From positions 1-47,546 of the IMG/VR virus record IMGVR_UViG_3300028534_000006: a stretch of 47,546 nucleotides of DNA; one strand, 5' to 3'. Below are positions 41,731-47,546 of the stretch, in pieces. Position 1 is the stretch's first letter. Each line of letters begins with the position of its first letter. Below the pieces are notes generated by a model that saw only the letters and a list, made by a program, of their open reading frames with translations, was not told the DNA's origin and made no database searches. The translations under genes were made by a program, and so were the position numbers. The stretch is from a virus.

Positions 41731-42312
41731 ATGGCATATGATTTAAAAGCAGTACTAGAAGCAGAAGTAATAGATAAACTTATCGTATTGATGAAGGCTA
41801 AAGATCAGGAGTTGGCTAGTCAAATTGCTAAACTTGGTACAAGAGTAGGAGCCAAATCAACATATGCTGACCTACCCACAGTAGATCAAAACGGTAAAGC
41901 GGTGTCAGTCGGCGACACAGCAACTTTAACACAAACTGACGGCGATCACCCAGCTGGTTTATATGAGTGGGACGGCGCACAATGGGTACTTGCTATCAAC
42001 TATGATGCTTTAGATATTGCGTCTATTATCGCTAATGCTAAGGCAGCAGCAGATGCGTTACAAGTAGATATGGTAACAGCTATAGTAACAGCAACTGAAG
42101 ACGGTAAATTTGTTACGCCAGTACAAATTAAAGAGGCGCTTAATAAAATTACGCAAAGAAATGATGTTACTTATCACCCAAAAGGTGGCGATACATCACT
42201 AGTTACTGTTGGTAAAGCAGCGGAAGAGAATACTGATCAGTATGTTACAGCTAATCAGCTGTCAGCTACATTTACCCAAGACGAAGTAAATGCTAAATAC
42301 GATACGTTGTAG
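41731..42312 (+). CDS. Tail-module protein (193 aa).
   Basis: RBS AAGGAG. GDTATLTQTDGDHPAGLYEWDGAQWVL is a motif type often seen in fibre or collar proteins. This is a weak call. Confidence 0.5.
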   Translation: MAYDLKAVLEAEVIDKLIVLMKAKDQELASQIAKLGTRVGAKSTYADLPTVDQNGKAVSVGDTATLTQTDGDHPAGLYEWDGAQWVLAINYDALDIASIIANAKAAADALQVDMVTAIVTATEDGKFVTPVQIKEALNKITQRNDVTYHPKGGDTSLVTVGKAAEENTDQYVTANQLSATFTQDEVNAKYDTL

Positions 42313-42318
42313 TATTTA

Positions 42319-42342
42319 TAGAGCTCTTGCATGAGGGCTCTA
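42319..42342 (+). terminator. Stem-loop after the 193-aa gene (8-bp stem, no clear U-tract).
   Basis: tagagctc-ttgcatga-gggctcta. It may be an attenuating or stabilising hairpin rather than a full terminator. Confidence 0.3.
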
Positions 42343-42365
42343 GTAAGTACTAAGAAAGGGTTTTA

Positions 42366-43058
42366 ATGGCAACACCGACTAATTTTATACGTGACTGGGT
42401 TTTTAATGTTATAGCACCATTCTTAACGCAATTAAAAAATAGGTTAGCTAATATTAAGCTTACATATGATTTATCAAGAAATAGATTAAATTTTTATAAT
42501 GCAGAAAATGAGTTAAACGTTATTGATCTGCATCCACCATACCATAACGGTATTTTAACTGTATATCCAAGATTTGCAAGAGTAAGCTCAGGAACATCAA
42601 CAACTAAAGGTTTTCTTGTTATCAAATTGCCTGAATCGCTTCCTGATTATACCATGTTTTCTGTATATATTGATATTTTCATATACAGATGGTCTCAGTC
42701 TTTTAGTTGTTTGCTTGCTGGGTACAATTATCCTAACACGCCACGTTGGTATAATATGACTGGTAGAGGTTTGTCTAAAGTTCCTACTGATAAAAATACA
42801 GTTAAATTTGTAAGATTCCTTGATGATGGCGGCGACCCTAGTAATAATGCTGATTATAATCGTTATGGGTATATTATAGGCAACAGTGATGATACTATAT
42901 GGCCATACGCAAAAGTTGCTGTTACAAAGGTTATTGCAGGGTATAGAGTAGGTGATGACCCATACGTAATTGATAATTATGACTGGGAGATGGGTTGGTA
43001 TTTGGAAGCCGATATACCTGAGCATGTGGTAGATGGCGAACGTAATATGAATAATTAG
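42366..43058 (+). CDS. Tail-module protein (230 aa).
   Basis: ORF with RBS AAAGGG. No motif recognised. Confidence 0.6.
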   Translation: MATPTNFIRDWVFNVIAPFLTQLKNRLANIKLTYDLSRNRLNFYNAENELNVIDLHPPYHNGILTVYPRFARVSSGTSTTKGFLVIKLPESLPDYTMFSVYIDIFIYRWSQSFSCLLAGYNYPNTPRWYNMTGRGLSKVPTDKNTVKFVRFLDDGGDPSNNADYNRYGYIIGNSDDTIWPYAKVAVTKVIAGYRVGDDPYVIDNYDWEMGWYLEADIPEHVVDGERNMNN

Positions 43059-43066
43059 GAGTTAGC

Positions 43067-43519
43067 GTGAATACAATAGAAGTAACTGATGAAATGATAC
43101 AGCAAGAGTTAGAGGACATGGAGCGCGAGCTCAAAGCAGCTAAAAAGAAAAAATTAATAGAGCAGATAGTTACAGTAGTTGATAATGTACCTTATGCTGG
43201 TGATGATAAATCTCAGGCACGTATGACGTCAGTCTTAGCTATTGCAAATTGGCAGCATAATAAAAGCATAGGGGCAGTATTACGTGGCGTAGCAGAAGAC
43301 CAAAACACTGACGATGTAACTGCTGCAATGCTAGTTGGTTTAGCAAATATATTTGATGTGCTATTTAGAAAAGTTTATAAAGATATCGAGATACAATGGA
43401 AAGCGGCAGATAACGCATTTCATACTACTAATGCTGATAATGTAGGTAATGCTTTGTATAAAACTATGCAAACAGTTGGTAGCGTATTACAAACAATTGA
43501 ACAGGAGGATTTATTATGA
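43067..43519 (+). CDS. Hypothetical structural-module protein (150 aa).
   Basis: GTG start after TAGGAG. No motif recognised. Confidence 0.55.
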   Translation: MNTIEVTDEMIQQELEDMERELKAAKKKKLIEQIVTVVDNVPYAGDDKSQARMTSVLAIANWQHNKSIGAVLRGVAEDQNTDDVTAAMLVGLANIFDVLFRKVYKDIEIQWKAADNAFHTTNADNVGNALYKTMQTVGSVLQTIEQEDLL

Positions 43520-43938
43520 GTTTAAAAGCAGTATATAGAACAACAGAGGCATTTGGATTTGTGGATGCAGGGCCAGAGGAAAAGCCAAGATTTGCTGTAG
43601 TCAGGCTAGACATTAATAATAATGGTGTAGTTGATGAGGCTGAAAAGATAGCAGTTAAGGCGTCTCTGTATACTTTAGCGCTACAAAAAGGTGGCGAGCC
43701 GCTTGACGATAATGGTCAGATTATTGGCGTAAATAGCTGTGTTGACTTTTCTAATGGAGGTGAGGTCGCTCAGAATGACTCTGCATATGTATTTAATAAA
43801 GGTGAGATAATTGCGCTCACAACTAATTATACAGATAAAAACGGTAATGAGTGGATTACACCAGAAGATGCGTTAACACGCCTATCTTTTGACGCTTTGC
43901 ATTGGCTAGAAGATAATGGATTTATTGAGGGTGTGTAG
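43516..43938 (+). CDS. Hypothetical structural-module protein (140 aa).
   Basis: ATGA overlap with the upstream gene. RBS AGGAGG. Confidence 0.6.
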   Translation: MSLKAVYRTTEAFGFVDAGPEEKPRFAVVRLDINNNGVVDEAEKIAVKASLYTLALQKGGEPLDDNGQIIGVNSCVDFSNGGEVAQNDSAYVFNKGEIIALTTNYTDKNGNEWITPEDALTRLSFDALHWLEDNGFIEGV

Positions 43939-44480
43939 TGGCTATAGATATTGCTTTCTTTAAAGCTAAGCATGGGCAGCTCGATGATAAGCTTATAGAC
44001 TTCTTTAGTGGTCGCATAGGCTATAGTCATTGTGAATTTGTAGTTGACCCTTATAACACTATAGGGTCACATGCTTTAACTAATGGTGTAGCTAGGTTTA
44101 AATATAACAACATATATAATAACCCAGCGTGGGATATTATACGTGTGCCAGAGGCAGATTATAAAAAAGCTTTAGAATATGCCGAAGTGCATATCGGAGA
44201 CTCATATGATTTTTTGGGCGTTGCTTTGCATTATATTGGTATTGATATTTACGAGGAAAGAGATGGTCAATGGTGCAGTGAATTTTGTGACAATTGTATT
44301 GCTGCAAGTGTAGACAGGTCTAAATGGCAAACGTCATTACCTATGCCAAATGAGTTGTTTGTGCATATGTTAAATAAGTTAGGCAGTTATAAAGTACAAA
44401 ATTTAGACGCTGGCAATAAGCCAACATATGCAAAATTGCCTATAGATTACTTAGGAAGGATTGGTTATGGAGCGCAGTGA
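43938..44480 (+). CDS. Permuted papain-fold (NlpC/P60-related, YiiX/C92-like) peptidase candidate.
   Basis: GYSHCEFVV (His region) precedes GQWCSEFC (Cys region). That His-before-Cys order is the one I recall for permuted C92-type amidases. GTG start. Confidence 0.45.
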   Translation: MAIDIAFFKAKHGQLDDKLIDFFSGRIGYSHCEFVVDPYNTIGSHALTNGVARFKYNNIYNNPAWDIIRVPEADYKKALEYAEVHIGDSYDFLGVALHYIGIDIYEERDGQWCSEFCDNCIAASVDRSKWQTSLPMPNELFVHMLNKLGSYKVQNLDAGNKPTYAKLPIDYLGRIGYGAQ

Positions 44481-44853
44481 AGCAGACAGGTTAACTATAG
44501 TTGAAGTGATAACAGAACAAAATGCAGAAGCTATACACAAACTTACTTTGACTATAGAGAAACTATCTGATATAGTTGCACGAGAAGATGCTAATATACG
44601 TAAGACTCTTGACCATTTGACGCGTACTGCCACAGAGTGCCAAATGAGACACGAGCATTTTATGGCAACTTTACGTGAAAAGAAAGAGACTTTAGTTATA
44701 GTGCAAAATAAGCTGGATAAGAAAGCGTCTATTGATGAGGTTAAAGCTTTACGCCAGGCAATGCTTAAAGTAATGTGGTGGATACTTGGTGGTGTATTTG
44801 GTACTGCTGGGCTAGCTGTTTTATATTATATGCAAGGAGGTAAGCATGGCTGA
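44467..44853 (+). CDS. Coiled-coil protein with a C-terminal TM helix (128 aa).
   Basis: The ATG at 44467 follows AGGAAGGA, whereas the track start at 44461 is a TTG. TM helix VMWWILGGVFGTAGLAVLYYM. Confidence 0.6.
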   Translation: MERSEADRLTIVEVITEQNAEAIHKLTLTIEKLSDIVAREDANIRKTLDHLTRTATECQMRHEHFMATLREKKETLVIVQNKLDKKASIDEVKALRQAMLKVMWWILGGVFGTAGLAVLYYMQGGKHG

Positions 44854-45088
44854 GTTACTACAGATAAGCGACCCAATGAAGACTGGTAAGCAAGAACTAT
44901 TGCTTGGCAATAAAGTAGCAACTAGATGCGGCAAGTTAATAACAGGTTTGCTTGCTAACGACTTAGTTGTGCTATTGACTGATGGCACTACTGTCCCATT
45001 ACTTACGTATATTCAGCAAGTACTAGGCGGTGTAGCAGGTACGCCAGCTAACACAACTGATAATACAATATTTATAACATTCGGTTAA
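44846..45088 (+). CDS. Small tail-module protein (80 aa), paralogue of 41394-41720.
   Basis: Shared block LLLGNKV...GLLANDLVVLLTDGTTVPLLTYIQQ. Confidence 0.65.
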   Translation: MAELLQISDPMKTGKQELLLGNKVATRCGKLITGLLANDLVVLLTDGTTVPLLTYIQQVLGGVAGTPANTTDNTIFITFG

Positions 45089-45097
45089 GGAGATAAT

Positions 45098-46426
45098 ATG
45101 GCTATAACAAATTTAGTATGGCAGTCTGGTAGTGCAACTATTACAATTGATAATGGCACGCCAGTAGTAGTTGCAGATCAGAAATATAGCGTAGATTTGG
45201 CGCCTGGACAGCATCTAGTTAAAGTAGAGTTTGATACTGGCGCCATAGTTGAGCAGACTATTGATGTACCAGATGTAATTGCTACTTCAGAAGTAGACCT
45301 GCAGATACAAAATGCATTAAAAATTTCCCAGGGATATATTGACGTTCAGGAAGTTTATGAAACAGAAAGTCTTGTAACTCCATATGGTGTTAAGATAAAA
45401 GTAAAACAGTATGGAACCGGTAGTGGAAAAGAAGCTAAAAAACTTGTTGTATATGATAATCCAGGAAATGTATTGCTTCAGCAAGATTTAACCTTTACAT
45501 ATGGCTTGTCCGATGAAATTGATCTTTATATGCTTGACATGCGGTATGGCGTAGTGCTTGATGCAGATGGAAATGAAATAGACCGGTTTGACCTTTATTT
45601 TGTAAATTCGCAAACTATAAAACCAAATGTGTGCTGGAGTATTGACGATACAACAAGAAATGGAACATACTATAAAGATGATATTACATCAGGTACTCAG
45701 GTTGCTGTAATCTCATACGGTAGTTCTCATCCTGATTTTGTTATAGAGCCACGAAACAGTTATACAGAATCAGTATTCAAAACTGTTTATGAGGATAGCG
45801 GAGACCCAAATGCTACATACAATGTAGCACGTGTATACTTTCAGGAGTCTCAAATACCAAATATTCAAGAAGATGTTGCATATCTTGGTGAATGGAATAT
45901 CAAGGATTCCAGTGGCTCTATTGTTGACAGAGTATCAAATACTGTAAATATTAAAAGAGAGAAATTTTCTGATTTTAGACATATAGGTGAACATGTAGAT
46001 GATTATTCGTTTTCACAATTTGTTGATATATCAGGAGATATGACTATAGATTCAACAGGAATTTTAATTGGGTCATCTACAGGATATGCTACAATTAATA
46101 TTACCGATGCATTCAATTATTTTAATGTTGACAGCACATTAATAAACGGTAATTGGCTTTTTAGAGCATATATTTCACCGTCTACGGCAGGAAATACAAG
46201 CCAGATTCTTGATCTGCAAATCAATGGCGTTATTGGCGGGTCAAATTTTATAAGCAATGAACCAAAAAGAAATATATCATTTTCTCAGAATATAAACATT
46301 CCACTTGTTATGAAAAATATTGACTCAAACAATGTATATACCGTCAGTATTACATGCTCATCTCTGAGCAGCGATAAAATTATCGGATGGAGCATGGATA
46401 AGCTGCCAGATACACTTTTTAACTAA
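45098..46426 (+). CDS. Second receptor-binding / tail-spike-like protein candidate (442 aa).
   Basis: RBS AAGGAG. It follows the adaptor-like paralogue. Codon style changes after about the first 80 codons. Confidence 0.4.
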   Translation: MAITNLVWQSGSATITIDNGTPVVVADQKYSVDLAPGQHLVKVEFDTGAIVEQTIDVPDVIATSEVDLQIQNALKISQGYIDVQEVYETESLVTPYGVKIKVKQYGTGSGKEAKKLVVYDNPGNVLLQQDLTFTYGLSDEIDLYMLDMRYGVVLDADGNEIDRFDLYFVNSQTIKPNVCWSIDDTTRNGTYYKDDITSGTQVAVISYGSSHPDFVIEPRNSYTESVFKTVYEDSGDPNATYNVARVYFQESQIPNIQEDVAYLGEWNIKDSSGSIVDRVSNTVNIKREKFSDFRHIGEHVDDYSFSQFVDISGDMTIDSTGILIGSSTGYATINITDAFNYFNVDSTLINGNWLFRAYISPSTAGNTSQILDLQINGVIGGSNFISNEPKRNISFSQNINIPLVMKNIDSNNVYTVSITCSSLSSDKIIGWSMDKLPDTLFN

Positions 46427-46435
46427 GGAAAATAT

Positions 46436-46717
46436 ATGAAAATAATGAAATATACAATATATTGCTTTGCTATTTCTTTAGCAATATTCTCAGGGTGCGA
46501 AAAAACACAAAAACATAAAGAAGTGCCTTCTGATAAATATATTCATGAAGAGCCTGTAAATGCGGAATATAGAGGACAGGTTGAGGGTTGTATTGCACAC
46601 TATGACTCTCTGTATTGTCCTGATAAGTATAAGCCAGGAACCACAGCGTCTGATAAAGTTGAGATAATCAGTAATGAAAACGGGTCAGAAGTAATTATTA
46701 ACAGGAAAGAAAAATGA
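46436..46717 (+). CDS. Small lipoprotein (93 aa).
   Basis: Signal peptide MKIMKYTIYCFAISLAIFSGC with the lipobox F-S-G-C. RBS AAGGAA. Confidence 0.7.
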   Translation: MKIMKYTIYCFAISLAIFSGCEKTQKHKEVPSDKYIHEEPVNAEYRGQVEGCIAHYDSLYCPDKYKPGTTASDKVEIISNENGSEVIINRKEK

Positions 46718-47508
46718 CGTATGAAACATATAACAAGTTATCAAAAGACGTAAAGAAAAAACTTTTAAATGAAAAAATACTTGAACTTAGAAATCTTTGG
46801 GATGTTACGCTAGGAGCAAATCCAACATATGATCAGTTGGCTGCAGTACAAAAATGGGCATTGAGTCATTTTGATTATACACCTGATGGTTATCAGTTTA
46901 ATAAGGAAGACATGTGGGATCCACTCGCATTTGAAAAGATGCTTTTAGTCGATAAATTAAAAGACGATTGCGACGGTTTTGGATATGCAATACTTGGTAT
47001 TATGTATCATGTATTCGGAATGAAAAAACAGGATATATACCGTGTATCATGTGCAACAGAAACAAATGAAGGACATTTTGTTGCATGGGTTAGATCAAAA
47101 TCAGGTATAGTATACCAACTTGAAAACAGAGTTCGTAAACCGCGTACAATAAAATATATGAGAGAGCTTGGATATGAATACTGGCATTACAGCCCTATGA
47201 CAAATGTAGGGCAATGGTTTAATGCAAAAAAGAAAGCTGCTGAATTTGTGTATGATACTCCAATTAAAGCTGCAGGCAACGAACCCGAGCTAAATGTAGG
47301 AACTATGATCAAAGCAACACCAAAGTCAAAAACATTGATGTTTGGTTGGTTAGATAAACTGATTACTACAAGTATCGGAACATTAGGTGCTCTTGCTACA
47401 CAGGCTGACTGGAAAGTAGTCGCTGCAATAGGTGGCTACGCGGTAGTTACACTAGTTGTTATTTATATTATTAGGGCGATGACTAATGAGCCTCTTGAGT
47501 TTAAATAA
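46714..47508 (+). CDS. Transglutaminase-like / papain-fold cysteine peptidase domain protein with a C-terminal TM anchor.
   Basis: DDCDGFGYAILG (Cys) ... EGHFVAWV (His) ... QLEN fits a Cys-His-acid triad arrangement. C-terminal TM helix VVAAIGGYAVVTLVVIYII. It lies directly upstream of the spanin genes across the closure point. Confidence 0.45.
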   Translation: MTYETYNKLSKDVKKKLLNEKILELRNLWDVTLGANPTYDQLAAVQKWALSHFDYTPDGYQFNKEDMWDPLAFEKMLLVDKLKDDCDGFGYAILGIMYHVFGMKKQDIYRVSCATETNEGHFVAWVRSKSGIVYQLENRVRKPRTIKYMRELGYEYWHYSPMTNVGQWFNAKKKAAEFVYDTPIKAAGNEPELNVGTMIKATPKSKTLMFGWLDKLITTSIGTLGALATQADWKVVAAIGGYAVVTLVVIYIIRAMTNEPLEFK

Positions 47509-47546
47509 ACCATTATTAGTAATGTTAGCCGTGTCATTAGTTGCTA
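47420..47546. repeat. Second copy of the 127-bp terminal overlap.
   Basis: Identical by eye to 1-127. Confidence 0.95.

Noticed and set aside
1-47546. A lysogeny module (integrase, CI/Cro-like repressor pair, attP).
   Set aside because: No ORF shows tyrosine or serine recombinase motifs or a divergent repressor pair. Without a homology search I cannot fully exclude one, but nothing supports it.

Overview
The window is a complete, closed genome of a tailed dsDNA phage. Bases 1-127 are identical to 47420-47546, so the unique length is 47419 bp.

Host and lifestyle (inference):
- The host is probably an AT-rich Gram-negative bacterium. Evidence: an overlapping i-/o-spanin pair with a lipobox, AGGAG-type ribosome-binding sites, and TGnTATAAT extended -10 boxes.
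- I recognise no integrase or repressor module, so the phage looks virulent.
- I also see no tape-measure or sheath genes, and there are large internal-virion-type proteins, so it is probably short-tailed.

Genome layout:
- **Replication and nucleotide metabolism, minus strand (29109 down to 12078):** prim-pol/SF3 helicase, SF1 helicase, DUF2815-type SSB, family A DNA polymerase, FEN-type 5'-3' exonuclease, two MazG-type pyrophosphohydrolases, a ThyA-family enzyme, ATP-dependent DNA ligase, VRR-NUC nuclease, dCMP deaminase and an SNF2-type helicase.
- **Terminase, minus strand (34789 down to 32710):** small and large subunits.
- **Late block, plus strand (34960 through the closure point to 11921):** scaffold, N4 gp56-like major capsid protein, tail and fibre genes, a lysis cassette, internal virion proteins, portal and a 1423-aa virion protein.
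- **Early genes, plus strand (29885-30864):** two acidic early proteins.
- **Long non-coding regions:** 29110-29884 and 31531-32709.

Most interesting observations:
1. The ThyA-family enzyme has Asp instead of the dUMP-specifying Asn (codon 16520-16522). It sits in an island with a dCMP deaminase and two NTP pyrophosphohydrolases, which suggests modified cytosine in the virion DNA.
2. A nine-member phage-specific promoter family has the form TAATGTTAGTTTAAGC-N6/7-TGATATAAT.
3. A roughly 100-bp intergenic element occurs three times, each at the 3' end of a minus-strand transcription unit.
4. A 1.2-kb gene-free region holds four tandem units of about 67-80 bp next to AT-rich repeats. It could be an origin, a packaging site or a repeat RNA.
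5. Several G+C-richer intergenic islands have strong RNA-structure potential.

All functional calls rest on motifs read from the translations and recalled family signatures. No database search was possible.
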